64,000 nt of DNA from Macrostomum lignano (taxonomy: Eukaryota), in the NCBI GenBank assembly GCA_002269645.1, contig NIVC01001870.1, forward strand, positions 1 to 64,000. The letters run 5' to 3'. Below, piece by piece: positions 45,401 to 59,094 of the stretch. The number at the start of each line of letters is the position of its first letter. The first letter of the stretch is position 1. The notes below the pieces were generated by a model, which was given only the letters and a program-made list of their open reading frames with translations, was not told the DNA's origin and ran no database searches. A program made the position numbers and the translations under genes.

Positions 45401-45840
45401 CAATAGAGGCCAAATTAAGTTCATAGGATGACTCAATCGAGATGCCAATTAAGTGTGAAACTGTACTCAAGTAGCGCCAAGAGACAAGCTAATATCACCA
45501 AACTTAATACGTATAGATTTACTTAGTACTATGTAATTTCTTTCAGCAATTTAGTCAGTCACATTGCACGGTTCGTTTCATTTCTAGGACAAAAAAACGA
45601 AAATTGACAAGCTTTGAGCCTTCGTGAGTTTGGGTTAAGACTGAGTCTGTCCCAGTTTTTGGTTTCTCTTATTATATGAAACTTTTTTTGTCGAAAACTG
45701 ATGTTACTACAACAGGCCCAGTACCAAAATGTGACACTTAAAATATTTTTGCTGCATACGGATACAGAACGTATTATCAATCTTAATTAGTCCATTGGAA
45801 AATCTGAGTTAAAGACGATCGATAATAAAGAATCGATGAT

Positions 45841-48800
45841 CTAGTTGACAGACACGTGACCGTATTTGTCTTTTAGTTTAGCCAGAAGTTCTTCGCCATG
45901 CTCTCTGTCGCGAACTTCGCACACGCATCTGAAATATTAATTATTTGCGGTTGAAGAATTGATGCTGTAAGACGTGAGGAGCTACGCCCACACCACTCCC
46001 TCTTCCTGCCTCTATGGGGTGAGGGACTGTTTTGGCTACACCCACCCCACTCCCTCTTCCTGCCTCTATTGGTGAGGGGTTATTGTGGCTACACCCACCT
46101 CACTCCCTCTTCCTGCCCCTATGGGTGAGGGCTGTTGTGGCTACATCCACACCACTCCCTCTTCCTGCCTCTATGGGGTGAGGGACTGTTTTGGCTACAC
46201 CCACCCCACTCTCTCTTCCTGCCTCTATTGGTGAGGGGTTATTGTGGCTACACCCACCCCACTCCCTCTTCCTGCCTCTATGGGGTGAGGGACTGTTTTG
46301 GCTACACCCACCCCACTCCCTCTTCCTGCCTCTATTGGTGAGGGCTGTTGTGGCTACACCCACACCACTCCCTCTTCCTGCCTCTATGGGGTGAGGGGCT
46401 GTTGTGGCTACACCCACCCCACTCCCTCTTCCTGCCTCTATGGGTGAGGGGCTGTTGTGGCTACACCCAACCTACTCCCTCTTCCTGCCTCTATGGGTGA
46501 GGGGCTGTTGTGGCTACACTCACCCACTCCCTCTTCCTGCCTCTATGGGTGAGGGGCTGTTGTGGCTACACCCAATCTACTCCCTCTTCCTGCCTCTATG
46601 GGTGAGGGGCTGTTGTGGCTACACCCAACCTACTCCCTCTTCCTGCCTCTATTGGTGAGGGCTGTTGTGGCTACACCCACACCACTCCCTCTTCCTGCCT
46701 CTATGGGGTGAGGGGCTGTTGTGGCTACACCCACCCCACTCCCTCTTCCTGCCTCTATGGGTGAGGGGCTGTTGTGGCTACACCCAACCTACTCCCTCTT
46801 CCTGCCTCTATGGGTGAGGGGCTGTTGTGGCTACACTCACCCACTCCCTCTTCCTGCCTCTATGGGTGAGGGGCTGTTGTGGCTACACCCAATCTACTCC
46901 CTCTTCCTGCCTCTATGGGTGAGGGGCTGTTGTGGCTACACCCACCCCACTCCCTCTTCCTGCCTCTATGGGTGAGGGGCTGTTGTGGCTACACCCACCC
47001 ACTCCCTCTTCCTGCCTCTATGGGTGAGGGGCTGTTGTGGCTACACCCACCCCACTCCCTCTTCCTGCCTCTATGGGTGAGGGGCTGTTGTGGCTACACC
47101 CACCCCACTCCCTCTTCCTGCCTCTATGGGTGAGGGCTGTTGTGGCTACACCCAACCTACTCCCTCTTCCTGCCTCTATCGATTGATGGTTTTTTAGCCC
47201 CAACTTATCAGCTACGAGCTCTTAATAAGTAAGCTCTCACCTGACTTTAACCTGAAAGATATCAGACTTAAGCCAGGCTCTCTCGTGAAAAATGTCTTTA
47301 ATAGAGACGCCCATGCCGGCTAGGATGGCGCTCAGTTCAGCTATGCCGCCCGGCCTGTCCGACACGGTAGTAACGAAGTGAATCAGTCGGCCGTCAACAG
47401 CCAGGCCTCTTTCGATGACACGACCAAGCACCGTCGTATCGATGTTGCCACCGCAGAGGATTACTACAACGCTGGTTAAATTTGAACAAGGGATGGATTG
47501 ACAGACTCTACTCAGAAATGAGTTTTACCGGACATTTTAAAGTATCTATACATTTGAAAGGCACTATAATCTATTCTCAGTAATATAAAGTCTATTCAAA
47601 CTCTCTATCCTACTCGAAACAACACCAGAATATAATCGACTCAGACACTTCGGAGTTGACTCAGACACCCCAAATAAATCTATTCAAGCGCTCCAGAATC
47701 TGCTCAGACACCCCGGAATCTACTCAAACACTCCAGAATCTACTCAGATACTCCAGAATCTACTCAAACACTCCAGAATCTACGCAGACACTCTAGAATC
47801 TACTCAGACACTTCAGAATCTACTCAGACACTCCAGAATCTACTCAGACACTCCAGAATCTACTCAAACACTCCAGAATCTACTCAGACACTCTAGAATA
47901 TAGTCAGACACTTCATAGTCTAATCAAACACTCCAGAATCTACTCAGACACTCCAGAATATACTCAGACACTCCAGAATCTACTCAGACACTCCAGAATC
48001 TACTCAGACACTCCAGAATCTACTCGGACACTCCAGAATCTACTCAGACACTCCAGAATCTACTCAGACACTCCAGAATCTACTCAGACACTCCAGAATC
48101 TACTCAGACACTCCAGAATATACTCAGACACTCCAGAATCTACTCACACTTAATAGTCTACTAAGACACTTCATAGTCTACTCAGACACTTTAGAATCTA
48201 CTCAGACACTCGAGAATCTATTCAGACACTTAATAGTCTACTCAGACACTTCATAGTCTACTCAGACACTCCAGAATCTACTCAGACACCTTAAAAACCA
48301 TAATAAAGTCTACCTTGACCCTCTCCAATCTTCCTAACTCACGTCTTCCCCTGCAGCTCGGGCAGCAGGCCCTGCAAAATGGCTGCCAGACCCGCGGCTC
48401 CGGCGCCCTCAACCACGACTTTCTCAAGCTCGAGCAGACGCAGAATGGCCAATGCGATGAACTCCTCTGAGACCGTCACTATGCGATCGATAATGTCCCG
48501 ACACGAGTAGAACGCGTTGCTACCCACCTTGGGAACCGAGAGACCATCAGCTAGCGAAGATTTCACCACGCTTTGCACCGGCTCACCAGATTTTAGGGCG
48601 TCCGTGAAGCTGGGACAGCGTTCTGACTCTGCGCCCTGCGTTATTATGAAGGATCTTAGTGCTGAGTCTTTGTTGCCATGCGGATCTGTTTGTATGCTTC
48701 TTCTGCATTTAGTGCTAATCATCTGCATTAGCTAAGGTTGCCAAAGAGCAGTAGCCTTGGCGCCCCCCTGCAGTAGCTTTGGTGCCCCCCCTGCAGTAGC

Positions 48801-51800
48801 TTCGGTGCCCCCTTGCAGTAGCTTTGGTGCCCCCCCTGCAGTAGCTTTGGTGCCCCCCCTGCAGTAGCTTTGGTGCCCCCCCCCCTGCAGTAGCTTTGGT
48901 GCCCCCTGCAGTAGCTTTGGTGCCCCCTGCAGTAGCTTTGGTGCCCCCTGCAGTAGCTTTGCAAACCATGGTATTATATTTGCATCATGAATCCCACGGC
49001 TTTTATCCGAAAAATATGTCAGAGGTAGCTCAACGTACGATAATTAAAGTGTTGGGCGACATCGTCTTCATGGCCACGGCGATTCCCGCGATTAGACCGC
49101 CGCCTCCAACTGGGACAACAACGGCGTCCACAGGTTTGGACATTTGCTCAATTATTTCCAGCCCAATGGTGCCCTGGCCTGCCAGGATCTGCGGGTGATC
49201 GTAACTGTGAAAAGGAGAGGGTGTGGTAAAGTAGAGTAGAGTTGAGTACAGTAGAGTAGACTAGACTAGAGTAGAGTAGAGTAGAGTAGAGTTGAGTACA
49301 GTAGAGTAGAGTAGAGTAGACTAGAGTAGAGTAGAGTAGAGTAGAGTAGACTAGAGTAGAGTAGAGTAGAGTAGAGTAGACTAGAGTAGAGTAGAGTAGA
49401 GTAGAGTAGAGTAGAGTAGAGTTGAGTACAGTAGAGTAGACTAGACTAGAGTAGAGTAGAGTAGAGTAGAGTAGAGTTGAGTAGAGTAGAGTAGAGTAGA
49501 CTAGAGTAGAGTAGAGTTGAGTTGAGTTGAATAGAGTAGAGTAAACTAGTCGGGTAGAGCAGAATGGAACATACTAAATTAATATGGAGTACAGTAGAGA
49601 ATATTACAATAAATTTCATGGCAGAACAGTAGAGTAGAGTGAATAAGATGCGAAAAGAAAGTACTACACAAAATACTACTACTTTAAAAGTAGTATAAGC
49701 TGACCCGTTCACGTAGAGCAGGCCCTCAGTCTTGGCAATTCTCATTGCGATAATCTTGGCCTCGTTAAAATCGTTGCCCGTAACGACTACCCGAGCTCCG
49801 TATTGCATGCACGCGTAGATCTTCATCAGCGGGGCCATGGTTGGCATGACAACCGCGACGGGGATGCCGAGCTCCTGGCCGTGGTAGGCCAGGGCCAGCG
49901 CGTGGTTGCCGGCTGAGGCGGCGACAACTCCGACTTTGCGCTGCTCCTGCGGCCGGTGGGTAAAATTAATCGAGCGAGCGATTAAAAGCTTTTGACGCTT
50001 CAAATGCCCCAATTGCTACTAGTAAGTAGGCTGGTAGCTACAAAGGACAGCAATTTTCAAACAAAAACAAAACCCCTCCAATAGTAGCTAGGGGCAAGAA
50101 CTTCCAAGAAAAAACCTTGCTGCAACAAGGACTACATCTCAACGACATCGCAACGACATAACAACGTTGCGGCGACACACTAAAGACACGGAAACGACAT
50201 TACAGCAACATCACAACGACGCTAAAATTGCATCACAACATCATCACAACTACATGACAATGACATCACAACGACATCACAGTCACAACGACACCAGATT
50301 AAGTCGCTGACATTGACATTAATGACCCAAGAGAAGCTACAAGATAAAGGCGCTATCGCAAGTTTCGTATTGCGTCGGCATATTTTTCGGAACACTTGAT
50401 TCTTTGAAAGACGATATCTAAGAAAACGATTCAATCCCAGTGCTACTCTGCATTTTAGAGTCATGCTATCTTTTATAACGAGAGCTCTTGGGTGCTTATC
50501 TTAACGCATAAATTTTTAACGCACCTAGAAGTCACCTGAACGACACACCTCAATTTAAATGGTTGTTGTAGATTGCCAGAGAGGTTGATATTTTATTAGA
50601 GAAGTTACCATTTCGTTGGAAGGATTGCAATTTTATTAAAGGGGTTGCCATTTCATTGGAAGGGTTGCAATTTTATTATAGGGGTTGCATTTCGTTGGAA
50701 GGATTGCAATTTTATTAGAGGGGTTGCCATTTCATTGGAGGGGGTGCAATTTTATTATAGGGGTTGTTATTTGATTGGAAAGGTTGCAATTTTATTATAG
50801 GGGTTGCCATTTGATTGGAAGGGTTGCAATTTTATTATAGGGGTTGCATTTCATTGGAAGGGTTGCAATTTTATTAGAAGGGTTGCAATTTCATTGGAGG
50901 GATTGCCATTTTATTAGAAGGGTTGCCATTTCATTGGAGGGATTGCCATTTTATTAGAGGGGTTGCCATTTCATTGGAGGGATTGCCATTTTATTAGAGG
51001 GGTTGCCATTTGATTGGAAGGGTTGCAATTTTATTAGAGGGGTTGCCATTTCGTTGGAGGGATTGCCATTTATTAGAGGGGTTGCCATTTCATTGGAGGG
51101 GTTGCAATTTTATTATAGGGGTTGCCATTTGATTGGAAGGGTTGCAATTTTATTAAAGGGGTTGCCATTTCATTAAAAGGGTTGCAATTTTATTAGAGGG
51201 GTTGCCATTTCATTGGAGGGGTTGCAATTTTATTATAGGGGTTGCCATTTCATTGGAAGGGTTGCAATTTTATTAGAGGGGTTGCCATTTCATTAGCCAT
51301 TTCATTGGAGGGGTTGCCAGTTCATTAGAGGGGTTGCCACTTCATTGGGGGGTTGCCATTCAGAATGAGTGGAAAGGCCAACCTTGTCAAGGCACAAAAG
51401 GGTGTACCGAGCGCCTCGCTCTTTAAAGCTGCCGGTGTACTGAAGAAAGTCCTTCTTCAGATAGATGTCCATGTTCGTGATGCGGGACATATGCGATCGC
51501 TGCAAATGGCATCAATTATGAGTAGTAGAGGGGTGCCAAAACCGTTTGCTAAAAAAGTGCACGTTCTTATCAATGCTAGTTTGTTCCATGGATTGGCCCA
51601 AGATCTTTGTCATTGAATACCAAAATAAATGTTGTGGAGTATCAAAAGCCTTTTGTCAGAGAGTACCCAGTGTTTCGTGTCAGGGAATACCCAATGTTTC
51701 ATGTCAGGGAGTACCCAATGTTTATGTTAGAGAGTACGCAATGTTTCATGTCAGGGAGTACCCAGTGCTTTTTGTCAGGGAGTACGCAATGATTCGTGTC

Positions 51801-52551
51801 AGGGAGTACCCGATGTTTCATTTCAGGGAGTACCCAGTGTTTCGTGTCAGGGAGTACCCAATGTTTCATGTCAGGGAGTACGCAATGTTTCATGTCAGGG
51901 AGTACCCGACACTTCATGTCAAGTAGTACCCGATGTTTTGTATCAGGGAGTACCCGATGCTTCGTGTCAGGGAGTATCCAATGTTTCATGTCAGGGAGTA
52001 CCCAATGTTTCATGTCAGGGAGTACCCAATGTTTCATGTCAGGGAGTACCCAGTGCTTCGTGTCAGGGAGTACCCGATGCTTCGTGTCAGGCAATCTGAG
52101 CCTTAGCAACACGGGAGCTCACATCGCACGGAGTTCGAACAATGCCCTTTCGAATTTTGTAAGCGGCTGCGCTGACGTCTTGAAATTGAATCGGCTTGGG
52201 ATTGTTCGGATCGCAGTTGGGATCGAACAGTTGCTCTTCAGCGACAAAATCGTCCACAGTCGAAGTCGACGCTGCCACGCCGGAGCTGTCGGCGAGAGAG
52301 ACATTGACATCTGCTGCACCACCATTGACATCTGCAGCAGCGGCGACAGCGGTGGCAGCGGCTGATGCGTCCTGCGGCAGCGACATGCTGGAGCCCTTTC
52401 CACTGAGCCCGCCGCTGCTTGAAGCTGCCGACAAGTCGTTGCGGCTGTCAGGATCGATGATGTTAGTCGTGTAGGATCGCAGCTTGCTTCCGCTGCCAGA
52501 CGAAACGGTGTAACTTTCCAGAGTTGCTTCGAAACTCAAATCGGGCTCCAT
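45841..52551 (-). CDS. PLP-dependent L-threonine/serine ammonia-lyase (threonine dehydratase) with C-terminal ACT domain, 7 exons, 521 aa
   Basis: Exons (minus strand) 52551-52123, 51499-51383, 49946-49705, 49204-49039, 48635-48343, 47471-47241, 45928-45841 (1566 nt, phases consistent). Motifs: TGSFKERGA (PLP Lys), [52 protein letters not shown], and [12 protein letters not shown]...HERAW...CEVRDREH. Confidence 0.93.
45985..47180. repeat. 52-53-bp minisatellite (ccccactccctcttcctgcctctatgggtgaggggctgttgtggctacaccca)
   Basis: Dehydratase intron 6. Confidence 0.95.
47640..48295. repeat. 20-bp minisatellite (actccagaatctactcagac)
   Basis: Dehydratase intron 5. Confidence 0.95.
48755..48965. 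repeat. 21-23-bp minisatellite (gcagtagctttggtgccccct)
   Basis: Dehydratase intron 4. Confidence 0.93.
49225..49560. repeat. (AGAGT)n satellite
   Basis: Dehydratase intron 3; same motif as 42945-44110. Confidence 0.95.
50575..51360. repeat. About 20-bp dimeric minisatellite (ggggttgccatttcattgga / agggttgcaattttattaga)
   Basis: Dehydratase intron 2. Confidence 0.93.
51655..52092. repeat. 24-bp minisatellite (cagggagtacccaatgtttcatgt)
   Basis: Dehydratase intron 1; it explains the 8-aa periodic ORFs. Confidence 0.95.
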
Positions 52552-53156
52552 ATTGCTGCTTCTGTGACGGCTAAAAATGCAAGATTTTGTGCTGTTTTGT
52601 TTTCAAACGGGCAGGAAACGAAGTTTTCTAACGTGACTCAAGTACCCTGAGATATTTTTCCAGCTTGTATTCTTATCTGAACGTTGTCTCCGAGGTTTTC
52701 ATTCTAAGCGCTAACTTGGAAATGTTTTCATTTAAACACCACTTTACTATTGACGTTATCAAATTAAAATAAAATCTTGATCTGGCGTGTTTACCTGTTT
52801 GGCCCTGCCCAGGCTTCAAAACTGGTTTAAACTAGCTTTGAGGACAGAAAAATAACATTAGACAGTGAAAGGTTAAAATGAAATGGTACATTAGAAGAGG
52901 AAAATGAATACTCGTAGCTTATAGAACAAATAACTAGCAATCTACGCCCCCCGTTGGGGAGCCAAAGAAATGCAATACACGTTTTTTTAATAAGCTACAT
53001 GTATCCTTGAAATCTTAAAAAATCTCCTGTCAAACCTTGTAAGCCTTGACATGTCAGTTATCCCCCCCACAAGCTTTAACATATCAACTTCCCCCCTTGA
53101 CATCTCAGCAATGCCCCCAATAAGCCTTGGAAATCTAAAAATATCTGTCAACCTTC

Positions 53157-53216
53157 TAACCCTAACCCTAGCCTAACCCTAACCCTAACCCTAACCCTAA
53201 CCCTAACCTAACCCTA
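53157..53216 (-). repeat. Short interstitial (TTAGGG)n telomere-type tract
   Basis: About 8-9 ccctaa units, plus a degenerate second copy at about 53565-53640 within a diverged duplication of about 430 bp. Confidence 0.9.
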
Positions 53217-54049
53217 AAGCATTGAAATTTCAGTAATTCTCCCTAAGAGTCATTATAGCACTACTACAGCATTATAGCGATTCCTTGCAAGCCTCAACAT
53301 CGTAGGGATTCCCAAATGAATCTCTTAACTTCGACATGAAGCTTCTTTTATTTTTTACATTACGCTTTTTTATCAGCGATCCCTCCCCTGAGGAGGCATC
53401 AAATAATGTAATAAAAAGTTTTCAATAAACTACATGTAGCTTCTGACTTTAGCCTTGAAATCTCATTTATACCCCCGTGAGCCTTGACATCTCAGCTATT
53501 CCCCCGTAAGCCTTGACATGTCAGCAATGGCCCCCATAAACCTTGAAATCTAAAAAATCCCCTGTTAACCTTGAAACCCGATAAAATATAACCCTCAACC
53601 CACACCTGACCTAAACCTAACTTTAACCCAACCTAAAGCCTTGAAATCTCAGCAATTCTTCTCCCCTAAGCCTTAACATTTTAGTGATTCTTTCTTTAAG
53701 AATCACAGCACTATAACGATTTCCACCAAGCTTTGACATCGTAGCAATTCCCAAATGAATCTTTTAACTTCGACATGACTTTTCTTTTATGTATACATAG
53801 TGCTACTTTTATTTTTTACATGACTTTTCTTCTATCAGCGCCCCCCCCGTGACGAGCCAACAAAGAATGCAATAAAAAAATGGAGTAAAGTACATGAACT
53901 TTGAAGTAGCTTCTGACTTTTGCTTTGACATCTCAGAAACCCCCCCCCCCGTAATCTCAGTTATTCTCTGAGAGCCTTGACGTCTCAGTTTTTCTCCCCA
54001 GCACAGCATTATAGTTGCATTTAATTTTTACACGAACCCTTCATGTCTG

Positions 54050-57000
54050 ACATGACGTTTCTTTTATTCTACCGTGACGCTTCTTAATTTTTTAAATGAC
54101 ACTTTCATTAGTTTTTAAATGAGGCTTCTATGATTTTTTCTTGACGCTTCTATGATTTTTACATGACGCTTCTATGATTTTTTACATGACGCTTCTATGA
54201 TTGTTTACATGACGCTTCTATGATTTTTTACATGACGCTTCTATGATTGTTTGCATGACGCTTCTATGATTGTTTACATGACGCTTCTATGATTGTTTAC
54301 ATGACGCCTCTACGATTTTTTACATGACGCTTCTATGATTGTTTACATGACGCTTCTATGATTTTTTACATGACGCTTCTATGATTGTTTACATGACGCT
54401 TCTATGATTTTTTACATGACGCTTCTATGATTGTTTAGATGACGCTTCTATGATTGTTTACATGACGCTTCTATGATTGTTTACATGACGCTTCTACGAT
54501 TTTTTACATGACGCTTCTATGATTGTTTACATGACGCTTCTATGATTTTTTACATGACGCTTCTATGATTGTTTACATGACGCTTCTATGATTTTTTACA
54601 TGGCGCTTCTATGATTGTTTACATGACGCTTCTATGATTGTTTACATGACGCTTCTAAGATTTTTTACATGACGCTTCTATGATTGTTTACATGACGCTT
54701 TTATGATTTTTTACATGACGCTTCTAAGATTTTTTACATGACGCTTCTACGATTTTTTACATGACGCTTCTATGATTGTTTACATGGCGCTTCTATGATT
54801 GTTTACATGACGCTTCTATGATTGTTTACATGACGCTTCTAAGATTTTTTACATGACGCTTCTACGATTTTTTACATGACGCTTTTATGATTGTTTACAT
54901 GACGCTTCTACGATTTTTATATGACGCTTCTATGATTTTTTACATGACGCTTCTATGATTTTTTACATGACGCTTCTATGATTGTTTACATGACGCTTCT
55001 ACGATTTTTACATGACGCTTCTATGATTGTTTACATGACGCTTCTATGATTGTTTACATGACGCTTCTATGATTTTTTAAATGACGCTTCTATGATTTTT
55101 TAATGACGCTTCTATGATTTTTTACATGACGCTTCTATGATTTTTTACATGACGCTTCTATGATTGTTTACATGACGCTTCTATGATTGTTTACATGACG
55201 CTTCTATGATTTTTTACATGACGCTTCTATGATTGTTTTTATGACGCTTCTATGATTGTTTACATGACGCTTCTACGATTTTTTACATGACGCTTCTATG
55301 ATTGTTTACATGACGCTTCTACGATTTTTACATGACGCTTCTATGATTGTTTACATGACGCTTCTATGATTTTTAAATGACGCTTCTATGATTTTTACAT
55401 GACGCTTCTATGATTTTTATATGACGTTTCTATGATTGTTTACATGACGCTTCTATGATTGTTTACATGACGCTTCTATGATTTTTTACATGGCGCTTCT
55501 ATGATTGTTAACATGACGCTTCTATGATTGTTTACATGACGCTTCTAAGATTTTTTACATGACGCTTCTATGATTGTTTACATGACGCTTTTATGATTTT
55601 TTACATGACGCTTCTAAGATTTTTTACATGACGCTTCTACGATTTTTTACATGACGCTTCTACGATTGTTTACATGACGCTTCTATGATTGTTTACATGA
55701 CGCTTCTATGATTGTTTACATGACGCTTCTAAGATTTTTTACATGACGCTTCTACGATTTTTTACATGACGCTTTTATGATTGTTTACATGACGCTTCTA
55801 CGATTTTTATATGACGCTTCTATGATTTTTTACATGACGCTTCTATGATTTTTTACATGACGCTTCTATGATTGTTTACATGACGCTTCTATGATTGTTT
55901 ACATGACGCTTCTATGATTGTTTACATGACGCTTCTATGATTTTTTACATGACGCTTCTATGATTGTTTACATGACGCTTCTACGATTTTTATATGACGC
56001 TTCTATGATTGTTTACATGACGCTTCTAAGATTTTTTACATGACGCTTCTACGATTTTTATATGACGCTTCTATGATTGTTTACATGACGCTTCTAAGAT
56101 TTTTTACATGACGCTTCTACGATTTTTATATGACGCTTCTATGATTGTTTACATGACGCTTCTACGATTTTTATATGACGCTTCTATGATTTTTTACATG
56201 ACGCTTCTAAGATTTTTTACATGACGCTTCTATGATTGTTTACATGACGCTTCTATGATTGTTTACATGACGCTTCTAAGATTTTTTACATGACGCTTCT
56301 ACGATTTTTTACATGACGCTTTTATGATTGTTTACATGACGCTTCTACGATTTTTATATGACGCTTCTTTTTAAAAAGTCTTTTAGTTTTCCTGACATTG
56401 AAAAGCTTTAATTAAAAAAATTATACTCAAATTCAAACCATCGAAAATTCAAACCATCGTCACTGCATTTAGCAGTTCAGTTTGTTTACCTTTAGGCTAG
56501 CTCTCATTGTTTTGATAACATCAACTTTTGCACTTATATAACTCAACACTTTTAAATCCAAGCATAGAGTAAATCACACGAAGCAGTTATGACATAATCA
56601 GTTTCTCAGTCAGTCAGTATCAGTTTACAATATGGTTACGCAATTTAAATCAAGTCTGGTGCTACGCTTCCACACTGCATTTTCAATTCAAGTCGGAGTT
56701 ACAATTCAGTTATGATGCAATCTATTTCAGAGTCAGAATTCAACCAGTCAGTTTTTTCTCTAGCATTCTTACAATGCATTTCAAGTCAAAAAGTTTGCTT
56801 GACCTTTGCAAAAAAGCATGTTTTTCGAATATTTAATGCCTTTAGCATCGAGCAATTTCTTAGCCACGATGCATGTACCGTCACGGGAAAATTTCTGATC
56901 GAACAGTGCAAGTTCGAACAAAATCGGTCCAGCCATTTTTTCTCATATCTATCACATATATATATATAGACATCACATTTTTATGATAGACATTCACATG

Positions 57001-58357
57001 ACGCTTCTATGATTGTTTACATGACGCTTCTATGATTGTTTACATGACGCTTCTATGATTTTTTACATGACGCTTCTATGATTGTTTACATGACGCTTCT
57101 ACGATTTTTATATGACGCTTCTATGATTGTTTACATGACGCTTCTAAGATTTTTTACATGACGCTTCTACGATTTTTATATGACGCTTCTATGATTGTTT
57201 ACATGACGCTTCTACGATTTTTATATGACGCTTCTATGATTTTTTACATGACGCTTCTAAGATTTTTTACATGACGCTTCTATGATTGTTTACATGACGC
57301 TTCTATGATTGTTTACATGACGCTTCTAAGATTTTTTACATGACGCTTCTACGATTTTTTACGTGACGCTTTTATGATTGTTTACATGACGCTTCTACGA
57401 TTTTTATATGACGCTTCTATGATTTTTTACTTGACGCTTCTATGATTTTTTACATGACGCTTCTATGATTGTTTACATGACGCTTCTATGATTGTTTACA
57501 TGACGCTTCTATGATTGTTTACATGACGCTTCTATGATTGTTTACATGACGCTTCTATGATTGTTTACATGACGCTTCTACGATTTTTATATGACGCTTC
57601 TGTGATTGTTTACATGACGCTTCTATGATTGTTTACATGACGCTTCTATGATTGTTTACATGACGCTTCTAAGATTTTTTACATGACGCTTTTATGATTG
57701 TTTACATGACGCTTCTACGATTTTTATATGACGCTTCTATGATTTTTTACATGACGCTTCTATGATTTTTTACATGACGCTTTTATGATTGTTTACATGA
57801 CGCTTCTATGATTTTTTACATGGCGCTTCTATGATTGTTTACATGACGCTTCTATGATTGTTTACATGACGCTTCTATGATTGTTTTCATGACGCTTCTA
57901 AGATTTTTTACATGACGCTTCTACGATTTTTTACATGACGCTTTTATGATTGTTTACATGACGCTTCTACGATTTTTGTATGACGCTTCTATGATTTTTT
58001 ACATGACGCTTTTATGATTTTTTACATGACGCTTCTATGATTGTTTACATGACGCTTCTATGATTGTTTACATGACGCTTCTATGATTGTTTACATGACG
58101 CTTCTATGATTGTTTACATGACGCTTCTATGATTTTTTACATGACGCTTCTATGATTGTTTACATGACGCTTCTAAGATTTTTTACATGATGCTTCTACG
58201 ATTTTTATATGACGCTTCTATGATTGTTTACATGACGCTTCTACGATTGTTTACATGACGCTTCTAAGATTTTTTACATGACGCTTCTACGATTTTTTAC
58301 ATGACGCTTTTATGATTGTTTACATGACGCTTCTACGATTTTTATATGACGCTTCTT
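54050..58357. repeat. 23-bp satellite (acatgacgcttctatgattgttt) interrupted at 56368-56995 by a unique block of about 620 bp
   Basis: Direct reading. The block recurs at 58356-58975, with an offset of 1988 bp given by the duplicated ORFs at 56712 and 58700. Confidence 0.95.
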
Positions 58358-59094
58358 TTTAAAAAGTCTTTTAGTTTTCCTGACATTGAAAAGCTTTAAT
58401 TAAAAAAATTATACTCAAATTCAAACCATCGAAAATTCAAACCATCGTCACTGCATTTAGCAGTTCAGTTTGTTTACCTTTAGGCTAGCTCTCATTGTTT
58501 TGATAACATCAACTTTTGCACTTATATAACTCAACACTTTTAAATCCAAGCATAGAGTAAATCACACGAAGCAGTTATGACATAATCAGTTTCTCAGTCA
58601 GTCAGTATCAGTTAACAATATGGTTACGCAATTTAAATCAAGTCTGGTGCTACGCTTCCACACTGCATTTTCAATTCAAGTCGGAGTTACAATTCAGTTA
58701 TGATGCAATCTATTTCAGAGTCAGAATTCAACCAGTCAGTTTTTTCTCTAGCATTCTTACAATGCATTTCAAGTCAAAAAGTTTGCTTGACCTTTGCAAA
58801 AAAGCATGTTTTTCGAATATTTAATGCCTTTAGCATCGAGCAATTTCTTAGCCACGATGCATGTACCGTCACGGGAAAATTTCTGATCGAACAGTGCAAG
58901 TTCGAACAAAATCGGTCCAGCCATTTTTTCTCTAATCTATCACATATATATATATAGACATCACATTTTTAGTATATAGGAAGGTTCCTATAGGTACATA
59001 GTTTTGATTTTTAGTATATTGGATTACAGATCAGATTTAGGGCTACTTATCTCTAAAAAACAAACAGAGTCAATCAGAGCTCATGCAGGGCTTC

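Noticed and set aside
45841-52551. Annotation as serine racemase
   Set aside because: Ala occupies the position of the racemase catalytic Ser (ASAGNH versus HSSGNH), and the ACT domain fits threonine dehydratases.
53157-53216. True telomere or chromosome fusion site
   Set aside because: Only about 9 units in a single orientation, embedded in a locally duplicated repeat unit.
56712-58957. Duplicated 85-aa ORF (56712 and 58700)
   Set aside because: It lies in the duplicated AT-rich repeat block, with no coding bias or motifs.
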